A stretch of DNA of 64,000 nt, from positions 85,064,001-85,128,000 of the forward strand of contig NC_086102.1 in assembly GCF_963921235.1 (NCBI RefSeq). Reading direction: 5' to 3'. Below, piece by piece: positions 36,840 through 50,501 of this stretch. A program made the position numbers and the translations under genes. The notes below the pieces were generated by a model that was not told where the DNA came from, searched no databases, and saw nothing but the letters and a program-made list of their open reading frames with translations. The DNA is from Mobula hypostoma (lineage: Eukaryota). Each line of letters begins with the position of its first letter. Within the stretch, counting starts at the first letter, position 1.

Positions 36840-38555
36840 GAATTAGTTACTTCTAATTTTACAAGGGGAGCCAAGTTCCCAAGTTTATCAAGAAGGGGTG
36901 GTGTTGCTCTGTCAGGGAAAAATGAAATCAGATAATTAGAAAAAGGGAACATAGGGTCAGAAGGTGTTGAATCTTTGTGGATAAAGGTAAGGAACTGCAA
37001 GGGTAAAAAGACCCTGATGGGAGTTGTATACAGACCCCCAAACAGTAATAAGAATGTGATCTACAAACTACAACAGGAGATAGAAAATGCATGCCAAAAG
37101 GGCAATATTTCAACTTCCCTAATATAAACTGGGACCTTTTTAGTGCAAGATATTTATATGGGGCAGAACTTGTCAAGTGCATCCAGGAGGGTTTCTTAAA
37201 TCAATATATAATCTGACAGAAGGAGGGGTTGTACTTTATCTGGTATTGGATAATGAGCTTGGCCAGGTGACCAACCTTTCAGTGGGTGCACAGTTAGGCA
37301 ACAGTGACCACAGCTCCTTAAATTTTAAGGTAGCTATTGATAAGTATGGACCTTGTAGGAGAATATTAAATGGGAGCAGAGCAAATTATGAGAGCATTAG
37401 ATAGAAACTAAGGAAAGTTAATTGAGAACAGCTGCTTTTAGGCAAGTCCACATCTAACATGTGGAGGATGTTTAAAGACCAACTGTACAGAGTGCAGGAC
37501 AGTTATGTTCCCGTCAGAAGGAAGGACAAGGGTGGCAAGGTAAGAGAACCTTGGATGTCCAGAGAGGTGACGAACTTAGTCAAGAAGAAAAAGTATGTAA
37601 AGCTTAAGAAGCTAAAATCAAACAGAGCTCTTGAGGATTATAAAGAAGCCAGGATAGAACTCAAAGGAGAGCCAGGAGGAGCCATGAAAAGTTCTTGGCA
37701 AGTAGGAATAAAGAAAATCCCAAGGCATTCTATATATACAGCGGGAGCAAGAGGATAACTGGGGAGAGGCAGGAACCCCTCAAGAATAAAGGAAGGAACA
37801 TTTCCTTGGAAGCAAAGGATGTAGTTGAAGTCCTTAATGAGTACTTTACATCAGTATTTAGCAAGGTGAAGAACACGGAGGATTGGAAGATCAGTGCTGA
37901 GAGTATTAATGTGCTAGGGCATTTCAAAGTAAAGGAGAGGTAGTATTTGATCTTTTAAAGAGCATTAAGGTGGATAAATCCCCAGGGTCTGATGGGATAT
38001 ATGCCAGGTTATTGAACGATGGAAGTAAAAAGATTGCTGGGACCTTGACCAATATCCTTGTATCCTCTCCAGCCACAGGCAAAGTGCCAGATGCTGCCTG
38101 GATTAGAGGGCATTACTATCGTGAGAGGTTGGACAAACTTGGGTTGCTTCCTCTGGAGTGCCGGAGGCTGAGGAGAGATCTGATAGAGATTTATAAGGTT
38201 ATGAGAGGCATTGATAGAGTATACACATGTTATCTCTTTCCCAGAGTTGAAACGGCTAATACCAGAAGGCATGTATTGAAGGTGAGTGGGGTGAGTTCAA
38301 AGGAGATGTGAGGGGCAAGTTTTTTTTTACACAGAGAATGGTGGGTGCCTGGAATGTGCTGCCTGTGGTGGTGGTGGTGGAGGCAGATACATTAGAGATA
38401 TTTAAGAGATGTTTAGATAGGCACATGAACATGAGGAAAATGGATGGACATTATTCCGGCAGAGGGGATTAGTTTAGTTGGCCATTTGATTACTATTTTA
38501 TTTGTTTTGGCACAACATTGTGGGCCGAAGGACTTACTCCTGTGCTGTACTATTT
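36840..38555 (+). mobile_element. Decayed CR1 LINE fragments
   Basis: APE and linker motifs (LGNSDHSSL, KENPKAFY, DKSPGSDG) and CR1 3' region. Confidence 0.8.
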
Positions 38556-40739
38556 AATGTTTTTATCACCAATTATCTTCAGTTCTAAGGTCACAGGTCA
38601 GACTGCGCAACGTCCGATTCCATTCATAACTCTTCAGCAAACAAAGCAGCCTATGGCCGCATACAATAAGACAGAGCACGTTGGCTGCAGTCTATACCAT
38701 CTGCAAAATACACTACAGTCATTCGCCTTGGCAATCTCGACAGCACTTCACAAATCTACAAATTCTACCACCAAGATGGACATGAGAACCTGATCTCCTC
38801 CAAGTCACATGCCATCTGGATTTGGGGGAAAAAAATGATAGCTTGGTCTAAATCTCAAATTCCTGCTCTAACAGATTTCTGAGTAAGTTATAGAGTAATA
38901 CAACACAGACCCTTCAGCTCATCTGGTCTACACTGGCCAAGATATCCATTCAACTAGTCTCACTTACCAGTGTTGGGCTCATAACCTTCTAACCTTTCCT
39001 ACCCATGAACCTGTCCAATGTTTTTATTGCAACTACCCCAACCACCCTCTGGCATCTTATTCCACTTATATACCTCCCTTTAGTAAATAAAAATATTGCC
39101 CCTTGAGTTTCTGTTAATTCCTTCACTTCTGAAGAACTACATTGGACGGATTGCAGCATTTCAAGAGGGTAGCTCACCACCAACATCACAGAGAAAATAA
39201 GGAACTGGCATTAAATGCAGGCCCTGCCAAGGATGCCCAGATCCCAGAAATGAATATAAAAACTATTCTCTGTAAAATATCATGAATGGCTATTCATTGA
39301 CAAAACAATTAGGTAAAATTGGTAGTATCTATATTACAGATTTGATTACAATTATTTACCAAAATGAATTAAAACTTTTGTCCATTAAAGCCACTTTGTT
39401 CTTTTTGAAACCTACTGGATTATCAAGTTTATCATGCTTGGAATGGAAAAGGGAATACATTGGTCTTACATGTTGTGTGTTGAAAGATGGGCAGCTGAGA
39501 TTTGGATTGAGTTGTATATTTACAACTGATATAAAGTGAGGTAGAGGGGTCAGCCAGGTATGCTTTGAAACTGTCAGACATAACAAAGGCATAGATGAGA
39601 GCAGAAGATCTAAGAGCAAAGGGGGACTCAGGCAATTTTATGGGAAGTTCAGAGTAATGTTATTATCGAAATATATACATATGTCACCATTTACTACTTT
39701 GAGATTCAATTTCTTGTGGGCATTCACAGTAGATACAAAGAAGCACAATAGAATCAATGAAAACTACACAAACAGCAATGTGCAAAAGACAATAAATTGT
39801 GGAAATACAAGAAAAAAGAAAAAACAAAACAATAATAAATAAATATTGAGAACGTGAGATGTAGAGTCCTTGAAAGTGAGTAAAGTTATCCACTCTGGTT
39901 TAGGAGCCTGATGGTTGAGAGAGAACACTGAGTCACTGGGAAAGGATAAAAGGGTTTTAGTCAATGAAAGACTATAGGAATGGAGTCTCTTAGGGCTCAG
40001 TTCTAATCCTCTTGTTTTACATGGCATATATAAATAATGTAGACTCAAACATTGGGGTTCTTATTAAGAAGTTTGCCAATGGTACCTAAATTGGTAATGT
40101 GGCTGATTGTAAGAAGTGAAGTAGGCTACAGGAAGATATCAACATACCGGTTAGCTGGGGGCCAAAAGTATCACGTGGAACTCAGTAGGGAGTGAGGTGA
40201 GATATCTGGGGAGGTGAAACAAGGTGAGGGAATGCTGAATACAGCAGGAATTTTTTTACCCCCAGGATAAAAATATCATATATTCAAGGGGATCACAGTG
40301 AGAGGAGGAAAGTTTTATTTTACAGAGGGTAGTAGGTACTTGGAACAGGCTGCTGGAAGTATAGGCGGAAGCAGATATGATAGCCGTGACTCAGAGGCTT
40401 TTAGGTGGACACGTATATGCAGAGACAAGGAGGATATAGTTTAATTTGACATCATCCTTGTTGCAGACATAGCGGGCAAAAGTACAATTTCTTGTTGCTG
40501 TTTCGTTCTATGATTGTGGCAAGATAGTATTGGAGGATAGTATCATCAAGTATAGGACCTGAAGGTCATCTGAATGACCAATTTTAAGTCGTACACAGGG
40601 TTTTGACCTAGAAGGTCATCAATCTCTACACACACACAGCTCGACTCCCTGAGTTGCTCCATTTGCAGTCTTTGGTGCTTCCATTGTAAGGCAAGAGGTG
40701 AGTAAAGCAATAGTCCAATGCTTTCGGCCAGCATTGACA

Positions 40740-41160
40740 CAACGGAATCCGGGTGGATTCACCAACTCCTTATCGAGGGCCCATGGGACTCCTCTGCACG
40801 CCCAGTCCGCGTCCGACCAGCGGCGGCAAGAGCCGAGCGATGGATGGATCGATGTGAGCCTCAGTCGGCGAGCCGGCTCCGCCCTGGCGGACTCAGCGTT
40901 ACTCGAGCAAGGAGGTACCTGGAGGCGTGCGGCCGTGGCGGACAGTTGCGCTCATTTTTTTTGTCCAGGAAGTGCTGGGTAATGCGGCTTCTTGCTTTTC
41001 TTACACTCACTCAGCAAAGCATAACGTTAGGAAGGATGGTAATGTCGACCATTTGCCGGAATAACTGTTTTGCGATGATCTTTCAACTCCAGCGCTTGTT
41101 TTGTGGGGAGCGTCACAATACGAACCATAGAAGGAGGCAGGGACTGAGTCGGGTCGCAAC
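40740..41160 (+). promoter_or_regulatory. CpG-rich promoter / probable non-coding first exon of RCBTB1
   Basis: Isolated CpG-rich patch ~5 kb upstream of the first coding exon, with a GC box (CTCCGCCC), an ETS-like CAGGAAGT and a candidate donor TGG|GTAATG at ~40979. Confidence 0.6.
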
Positions 41161-41271
41161 CTTCATGTTTTAAGCACTGCTGATCCAGCTTTTTCATGTT
41201 AAATTAACTTCACGGTTATACTCTTGTTAGTTTCACTGTTGTAGGTTGTATCTGAATCATTTGTTGTTGGG

Positions 41272-41296
41272 TGTATATATATATATATATATATAT
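41272..41296. repeat. (TA)n microsatellite
   Basis: Direct reading. Confidence 0.9.
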
Positions 41297-42204
41297 CGCT
41301 GAAGCTGAACCAGTTTATTGTGTAATTCCTATTAGTTTTTATCCCAGATATATTGGTTTACACTGTGCTATTGTTATTGAAATCGGCTGTAGCAATCTTT
41401 CAGATCTAGAATATCGCACTTATTGATCAATTGAATGCGGAGTGCTTTGTGATATTGTTGCATACTGTAAGTATTTGCTGTGGTAAAGAAACTAACATTA
41501 GAATCTATTCCCAGATAACATACCTCGGGTCCTCTTTAAATCTTTATGCCCTCACCCTAACTCTATGCCCTCTAGTTTTAGACTACCCTCTCCTAGGAGC
41601 ATCCACCTTATCTATGTCATGATTTTGTAAGCCCCCATAAGACCACCCCTCAACTTCTGTTGTTCCAGAGAAAACAGTCCCAGCCTGTCCACTCTCTCCT
41701 TGAGTTCTCCAATCCCAAACTATCCTTGTGTCCTTTCCAGTTTAATTGTAGCCTTCCAACAGTATGGCACACAAATTCCAGCTGCTGTCTCACTGATGCC
41801 TTGTGCAAGTGTTTGTACTCAGTGTTCCATCTCATGCAGCCAAGCGTGCTGGCCTCCTCCTTCACCACCTTGCTTACCTGTGTCACTAGTTTGTGCTGTA
41901 CCACTAAGTTTCCGTTGTACAGCACTCCCCAGGGTCTTGTCATTTATTATGTAATTCCTGCCCTAGTTTTAACTGCCCCAAATGCAACACTTTGCATTTG
42001 TTTAATTTAAATTCCATCTGCCATTTCTTTGCTTGCTTTCCCAGTTGACCTAGATCCTTTGTAACCTTGGCTAGCCTTCACCATCCACTGCACCACTAAT
42101 TTTGATGCCATCCACAGGCTTGCCAATGATATCAGCTACCATTTCATATGAAACATTAATATATTTGACAAAAAAAAAGATGACTCACCCCAGCAGTGCA
42201 CTGT

Positions 42205-44145
42205 AATCCACAAACCTGCCTGTCCTGCCAGACCTATTGTCTCAGCTTGCTCCTGCCCCACCAAACTCTTTTCTGCATACCTCGATACGGTTTTATCCCC
42301 CCTTGTTCAATCCCTTCCTACTTATGTTCGTGACACTTCTCACGCTCTTAAACTTTTCGACGATTTTACGTTCCCTGGCCCCCACCGCTTTATTTTCACC
42401 ATGGATGTCCAGTCCCTGTATACTTCCATCCCCCATCAGGAAGGTCTCAAAGCTCTCCACTACTTTTTGGATTCCAGAACTAATCAGTTCCCCTCTACCA
42501 CCACTCTGCTCCGTCTAGCGGAATTAGTTCTTACTCTTAATAATTTCTCCTTTGGCTCCGCCCACTTCCTCCAATCTAAAGATGTAGTTATGGGCACCCG
42601 TATGGGTCCTAGCTATGCCTGCCTTTTTGTTGGCTTTGTGGAACAATCTATGTTCCAAACCTATTCTGGTATCTGTCCCCCACTTTTCCTTCGCTACATT
42701 GACGACTGCATTGGCGCTGCTTCCTGCGCGCATGCTGAGCTCGTTGACTTCATTAACTTTGCCTCCAACTTGCACCCTGCCCTCACCCTGGTCCATTTCC
42801 AACACCTCCCTCCCCTTTCTAGATCTTTCTGTCTCTACCACTGGAGACAGCTTGTCTACTGATGTCTACTATAAGCCTACTGACTCTGTACAGCTATCTG
42901 GACTATTCCTCTTCTCACCCTGTCTTGCAAAAATGCCATCCCCTTCTTGCAATTCCTCCATCTCCGCTGCATCTGCTCTCAGGATGAGGCTTTTCATTCT
43001 GGGACGAGGGAGATGTCCTTTTTTAAAGAAAGGGGCTTCCCTTCCTCCACCATCAACTCTGCTCTCAAACGCATCTCCCCCATTTCACGCACATCTGCTC
43101 TCACTCCATCCTCCCGTCACCCCACTAGGAATAGGGTTCCCCTGGTCCTCGCCTACCACCCCACCAGCCTCCGGGTCCAACATATTATTCTCCGTAACTT
43201 CTGCCACCTCCAACGGGATCCCACCACTAAGCACATCTTTCCCTCCCCCCCCCCCAGCTTTCTGCAGGGATCGCTCCCTACGCGACTCCCTTGTCCATTC
43301 GTCCCCCCCATCCCTCCCCACTGATCTCCCTCCTGGCACTTATCCGTGTAAACGGAACAAGTGCTGCACATGCCCTTACACTTCCTCCCTTACCACCATT
43401 CAGGGCCCCAAACAGTCCTTCCAGGTGAGGCAACACTTCACCTGTGAGTCGGCTGGGGTGATATACTGCATCTGGTCCTCCCGGTGCAGCCTTCTATATA
43501 TTGGCGAGACCCGACGCAGACTGGGAGATCGTTTTGCTGAACACCTACGCTCTGTCTGCCAGAGAAAGCAGGATCTCCCAGTGGCCACACATTTTAATTC
43601 CACATCCCATTCCCATTCTGATATGTCTATCCATGGCCTCCTCTACTGTAAAGATGAAGCCACAATCAGGTTGGAGGAACAACACCTTATATTCCGTCTG
43701 GGTAGCCTCCAACCTGATGGCATGAACATTGACTTCTCAAACTTCCGCTAATGCCCCACCTCCCTCTCGTACCCCATCCATTATTTATATACACACATTC
43801 TTTCTCTCTCTCTCCTTTTTCTCCCTCTGTCCCTCTGACTATACTCATTGCCCATCCTCTGGGTTTTTTCCCCCCTCCCCCCTTTCCTTCTTCCCGGACC
43901 TCCTGTCCCATGATCCTCTCATATCCATTTTGCCAATCACCTGTCCAGCTCTTGGCTCCATCCCTCCCCCTCCTGTCTTCTCCTATCATTTTGGATCTCC
44001 CCTCCCCCTCCCACTTTCAAATCTGTTACTAGTTCTTCCTTCAGTTAGTCCTGACGAAGGGTCTCGACCCGAAACGTCGACTGTACCTCTTCCTAGAGAT
44101 GCTGCCTGGCCTGCTGCGTTCACCAGCAACTTTTATGATGTGTGT
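42205..44145 (+). mobile_element. Penelope-like retroelement (RT + GIY-YIG), frameshifted
   Basis: RPIVSAC, MDVQSLYTSIP, MGTRMGPSYA, RYIDD, VIYCI..LLYIGET..HF..SHSH, pseudo-LTR with a hammerhead. Confidence 0.92.
44047..44082 (+). ncRNA. Minimal type I hammerhead ribozyme (Penelope pseudo-LTR)
   Basis: AGTC-CTGACGA-A-GGGT CTCG ACCC-GAAA-CGTC-GACT; perfect 4-bp stem II, predicted cleavage after 44078. Confidence 0.8.
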
Positions 44146-46074
44146 TGCACAAATAGGTTAGGCCTCATACTATACATACAGATTCTGAATCTTTATTTTA
44201 AAATCCAGGGCGCGGGAAGCACAGAATCAAATATCGCTATGATGATTGTACGTTCTAGTATCAATTGTTTGGCGACAATGAAGTATAAGTATACGTGAAT
44301 GCAGCCAAACGAAACAGTGTTCTTCAGGGCCCAAGGTGCAAAACACATCACCAACAGTTCACTGCACACAGCACAAACTGCACATATGGTTATGAAAAGC
44401 ATACAGTCACAAATAGAAAAGAATATATACCCCAGGTCCCTGAGTTGTCTTGGTCCAGCTTGTTCTATCACTGAGTGAGCACCAGAGGGCAGCAACAATG
44501 GGAGGAGCCAGCTCCAGCCCAGTACGAAATCCAGCGGCCCACAGCCCACATTTTGGGATGTGGGTTACATTGCTGAGACTAGTGTATTTTGCTCATCCCT
44601 GATTAGCCCTTGAGATGGTGGTTGTGGGCTGCGTCTTCCTGTAATGTTGTTGACCAAGGCGGGGGGGGGGGGTGGGGGAGTTAAATCAGTCTGAAGTGGT
44701 GCATCGGCAGTTGCTGTGTAGTCATTGCTTTTGTGTTGGTGACATGCCCTGTGTAAAGGTCCCAGTAACAAGACACACAGAGGTAGAATTAGGTCATTGC
44801 ACTCAGTAGGCAAGGCCTGAAATAATGAATCTGACTGCTGATTCCAATTGAAGATCTCAGTTGATTCCTATGAAGATCTCAATTTAAGATGCCATGGTTA
44901 GAGTGAGGGTTGTTTGCTGTAGGTAATCATTGCAAACTGTGGTGGAAGAGACATTCATATGCTGTACCCCACCCACCCACTTTCCCCCTCCCTGGCTTCA
45001 CCTATCACCTGCCAGCTTGAACTCTTTCCTCTCCCCCCTTCCCCCACCTTATTCTGGTTTCTTCCCTCTTCCTTTCCAGTCTTGATGAAAGATCTTGGTC
45101 TGAAAAGTCAGCAGTTTATTCTTTTCCATAAGAATACTGCCTTACTTTCTGAGTTCCTCCAGCATTTTGTGTGTTGCTATATCATCCTTTGTATCAATAT
45201 TTCCCATTATATTCTTGTTCACATATAATGATTTTATCTATTATTTCAACATTTAGAATTTAGTACTAGTAAAGTTTATGTTGCCATTTGCTTTGTCTCT
45301 CCAGTTTGTTGTCTCACTTTACCATTGTGTATTGCATCTCCCCCGTGTGGAATTTTCAGTAATATAGTTTGTGATGTATTTACAGTATTCTGGAAGAACT
45401 TTACTGTTTTTATTGTTCTGACACTGAATGAATGTCCTCAAGGCTCTGCAACTGCTTTGAGGAAAAGACCTAAAGCTTTAAATGAAAATTATTTTAACAG
45501 GAGAACATTAAATTTAACAAACATGTTGCAGCTGATCTGTACTCAGCTCCATTCTCAGAGGTTCTTGAGACCAAACCTGTCAACAGCACTGATTACACAA
45601 TAATCTTTGGTACATGCAGAAGTTCTACTGATTTTTATTATAAATAATTTAACATGTCTTTCTAGTGGAAACAATTTGTGTTTATCTTACTAGAGTGCCC
45701 TAGGATATTTCAAATCCTTTCTAAATTTGTTTTTGTAGTCTTGTTAAATGCTATCTCAGCTTGACCAGACATTTTTATAATTGAGTGCAGCAAAAACTCG
45801 GATTTTTGTAGCAGCGTTTAATTTAACAACAATAAAATGCATTTCACAAGAACCTTGAAGCATTTGAAAGCTATTTCTATTGAAATAATGCTTTTGTATT
45901 TTTTTATATGCTGCAGTCTTAAAATTTTCTTTCTTTGATTAACTGGGTTCTGCAGGGTCAGGTTTATTCTGATTGTAAATTTTTTTTCACTGAATGTTTT
46001 AAGCAACGCTGATCAAAATTAATTTCTCCCCTCCTCTTCCAGGTACCGTATCGTATCACAGAGGATCATGTTAA

Positions 46075-46248
<174 letters not shown>

Positions 46249-46498
46249 TAGTATAGAATATTAAGGTAACTGGCTCTCCACCTGTGCTCCTGCCTTGACT
46301 CATTACAGAATTTCTCAGTCACTTGACAGGCATTTGCCTCATCAGAGCTCTTAACAATTTTGTGGGAGATAGCCAAAATCTAACCTAACCTGGAGGGCTA
46401 ATACCTTGATACATTTGTGGTTTCATTGTTCAGTCTCATCAGCTTTTTGTTTCAGATTTTTGAAAGATGTAATCTTTGATTATTACAGACAGTCCTTG

Positions 46499-46826
46499 TG
46501 TTACAACAGGCTTCCGTTCCACGGAGCTTGTTCACGTCAGTGTGTGGGAGAGGCTCGCAGAAGCAGCTGTGACTGGAGGGTGAGCAGGTGCAGGAAGAGT
46601 GGTCGCCAGCTTACCTTGCTGACTCCGCGAGTAAGCGAGTGAATCTGCTCGGTACTCCCAGCTCTGCTTGGTTCAACCCAGCCCTCGTTGTTATGGCTCT
46701 TTTGTGTGAGGGCGGGGGAGAGAAAGCCTGTGGAAATGCCCCACCTTCTGCCTGGCAGTAGGTTTCTGTAATAGCAGGTAAATCCACAGATCCATCCTGC
46801 TGGTCGCACGTATGAACATGGTAACA
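46499..46826 (+). mobile_element. LTR followed by a PBS-like remnant
   Basis: TGTTAC...GTAACA followed by TGGTGTCT(A)TAAGT; no matching TSD. Confidence 0.55.
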
Positions 46827-49800
46827 TGGTGTCTATAAGTCAGGTGTTCTTAACTTGGGGGGGACATGTATTTCTACTCCTTTTTCAGTATCTTTCTCAT
46901 TTACGTTCTCTTCAACTTTGTCCTGTTCTTTTCATCTCCTGCAAATATAGACATGCTATCTCAATTGTTAATGTACGGACCCGTAATGGCCTAAGACAAC
47001 TTCAAATTGCCTTGCTGCTTGTGTTTACTGAATCTGCTCTGAGCAGGTTTGGTTGGAACCCTCACTGAAATGCATTGACACTTGGTGAATCCATACCCCA
47101 AGTTGAACCAACTGTCAAAAAGCTTTAATATGAATGTCCAAAAATCACAAACACGAGTCAGTCATCCTGTAAAAGTTTTTAAAATTGGTAAAATTTAAAA
47201 TGAAATGCATCTAAATTAGAACAATGAAATCAAAAGTGCAAGTAGTCAAACGCAGAACCTACGCAAATTGCAAATGCCTGACTTTACCTAGAGACCGAAC
47301 ATAAGAACGTGTGTTTGGGAGACCAACGGGATGGATTTGCTGTGGGGCTGCAGGCAGATCTTCTACCGTGCAGAAACTTGGTGTGCGGCCACATTTTAAA
47401 CTTGCAAACTGTTCAGGTTATGAACAGTTTACAGAAATGGAAACCTACCATAATCATAAGACCATAAGACAAAGGAGCAGAAGTTGGCCATTCGACCCAT
47501 CGAGTCTGCTGTGCCATTTTATCATGAGCTGATCCATTCTCCCATTTAGTCCCACTCCCCCGCCTTCTCACCATAACCTTTGATGCTCTGGCTACTCAGA
47601 TACCTATCAATCTCTGCCTTAAATACACCCAATGACTTGGCCTCCACTGCCACCCGTGGCAACAAATTCCATAGATTCACCACCCTCTGACTAAAAAAAT
47701 TTCTTCGCATTTCTGTTCTAAATGGGTGCCCTTCAATCCTTAAGTCATGCCCTCTCGTACTAGATTCCCCCATCATGGGAAACAACTTTGCCACATCCAC
47801 TCTGTCCATGCCTTTCAACATTCAAAATGTTTCTATGAGGTCTCCCCTCATTCTTCTAAGCTCCAAGGAATACAGTCCAAGAGCGGACAAACGTTCCTCA
47901 TATGTTAACCCTTCCATTCCCGGAATCATTCTAGTGAATCTTCTCTGTACCCTCTCCAACGTCAGCACATCCTTTCTTAAATAAGGAGACCAAAACTGCC
48001 CACAGTACTCCAAGTGAGGTCTCACCAGTGCCTTATGACATCACATCACATCCCTGCTCCTATACTCTATTCCTCTAGAAATGAATGCCAACATTGCATT
48101 CGCCTTCTTCACTACCGACTCAACCTGGAGGTTAACCTTAAGGGTATCCTGTACGAGGACTCCCAAGTCCTGTTGCATCTCAGAACTTTGAATTCTTTCC
48201 CCATTTAAATAATAGTCTGCCGGTTTATTATTTCTGCCAAAGTGCATAACCATACACTTTCCAACATTATACTTCATTTGCCACTTCTCTGCCCATTCTT
48301 CCAAACTATCCAAGTCTCTCTGCAGACTCTCCATTTCCTCAGCACTACCAGCCCCTCCACCTATCTTCGTATTGTCAGCAAACTTAGCCACAAAGCCATC
48401 TATTCTATAATCCAAATCGTTGATGTACAATGTAAAAAGAAGCGGCCCCAACACGGACCCCTGTGGAACACCACTGGTAACCGGCAGCCAACCAGAATAG
48501 GATCCCTTTATTCCCACTCTCTGTTTCCTGCCAATCAGCCAATGCTTTATCCACGTATGTAACTTTCCTGTAATTCCATGGGCTCTTATCTTGTTAAGTA
48601 GCCTCGTGTGGCACCTTGTCAAAGGCCTTCTGAAAATCCAAGTATACAACATCCACTGCATCTCCCTTGTCTAGCCTACTGGTAATTTCCTCAAATAATT
48701 GTAATAGGTTTGTCAGGCAGGATTTTCCTTTAAGGAATCCATGCTGAGTTCTGCCTATCTTGTCATATGTCTCCAGGTACTCTGTAACCTCATCCTTGAC
48801 AATCAACTCCAACAACTTCCCAACCACCGATGTCAAGCTAACAGGTCTATAATTTCCTTTTTGCTTCCTTGCCCTCTTCTTAAATAGCGGAGTGACATTT
48901 GCAATCTTCCAGTCCTCCAGAACCATGCCAGAATCTATCGACTTTTGAAAGATCATCGCTAATGCCTCCGCAATCTCCACAGCTACTTCCTTCAGAACAC
49001 ACGGGTGCATTCCATCTGGTCCGGGAGATTTATCTACCTTTAGACTATTCAGTTTCCTGAGTACTTTCTCTGTCGTAATTGTGACTGTGCACACTTCTCT
49101 TACTGCTGATGTCTTCCTCAGTAAAGACTGATGGAAAATACTCATTCAGTTCCTCTGCCGTCTCCTTATCTCCCATTACAATTTCTCCAGCATCATTTTC
49201 TATCGGTCCTAGATCTATTCTCACCTGTCTTTTACTCTTTATATACTTGAAAAAGCTTTTAGTCTCCTCTTTGATATTATTTGCTAGCTTCCTTTCATAG
49301 TTAATCTTTTCCCTCTTAATGACCTTCTTGGTTTCCTTTTGTAAGGTTTTAAAAACTTCCCATTCCTCTGTCTTTGCACTAATTTTTGCTTCCTTGTATG
49401 CCCTCTCCTTTGCTTTAACTTTGGCTTTGACTTCTCTTGTCAACCACGGTTGCATCCCTTTTCCATTTGAAAATTTCTTCTTTTTTGGAATATACCTGTC
49501 TTGCACCTTCTTCACTTCTCGCATAAACTCCAGCCACTGCTGCTCTGCCCTCTTTCCCACCAGTGTCCCTTTCCAGTCAACTTTGGCCGGTTCCTCTCTC
49601 ATGCCACTGTAATTTCCATTACTCCACTGAAATACTGACACATCAGATTTCGGCTTCTCTTTTTCAAATTTCAAAGTGAACTCAATCATGTTATGATCAC
49701 TGTCTCCTGAGGGTTCCTTCACCTCAATCTCTTTAATCACCTCCGGTTCATTACACAATACCCAATCCAGTACAGCCGATCCACTAGTGGGCTCAACAAC

Positions 49801-50501
49801 AAGCTGTTCTAAAAAGCCATCTCGCAGACATTCTACAAGTTCTCTCTCTTGAGATCCAGTGCCGACCTGATTTTCCCAATCCACTCGCATGTTAAAATCC
49901 CCCACAATTATCATAACACTGCCCTTCTGACAAGCCTTTTCTATTTCCTGTTGTAATTTCTAGTCCACATCCCTGCAGCTGTTTGGAGGCCTATAAATAA
50001 CTGCCATCAGGGTCCTTTTACCCCTGTGATTTCTTAGCTCAACCCATAAAGATTCTGCACCTTCTGAGCCTATATCACCTCTTTCTAATGATTTAATATC
50101 ATTTCTTACCAATAAAGCCACGCCTCCCCCTCTGCCTACCTTCCTATCCTTCCGATACACCGTGTATCCTTGGACGTTCAGCTCCCAGAGACATGCATCC
50201 TTTAACCAGGTCTTAGTGATGGCCACAATATCATACCTGCCAATCTGTAGCTGTACGACAAGTTCATCCACCTTATTCCTTATGCTGCGTGCATTTAAGT
50301 GTAACACTTTAAGACCAGTATTTGGTACTTTTCACTTTGATTTCACTGCAACTTTATTGCACTGCAACTCATCCCGATGGCTACAAATTTGCCCCATCAC
50401 CTGCCTGTCTTTTCTGACATCTTTACTGCTCACTATCTTAGATTTCTTTCTGTTTTCCCCTTCTTCTGCTCTGTCATTCCGGTTCCTATCCCCCTGCCAA
50501 A

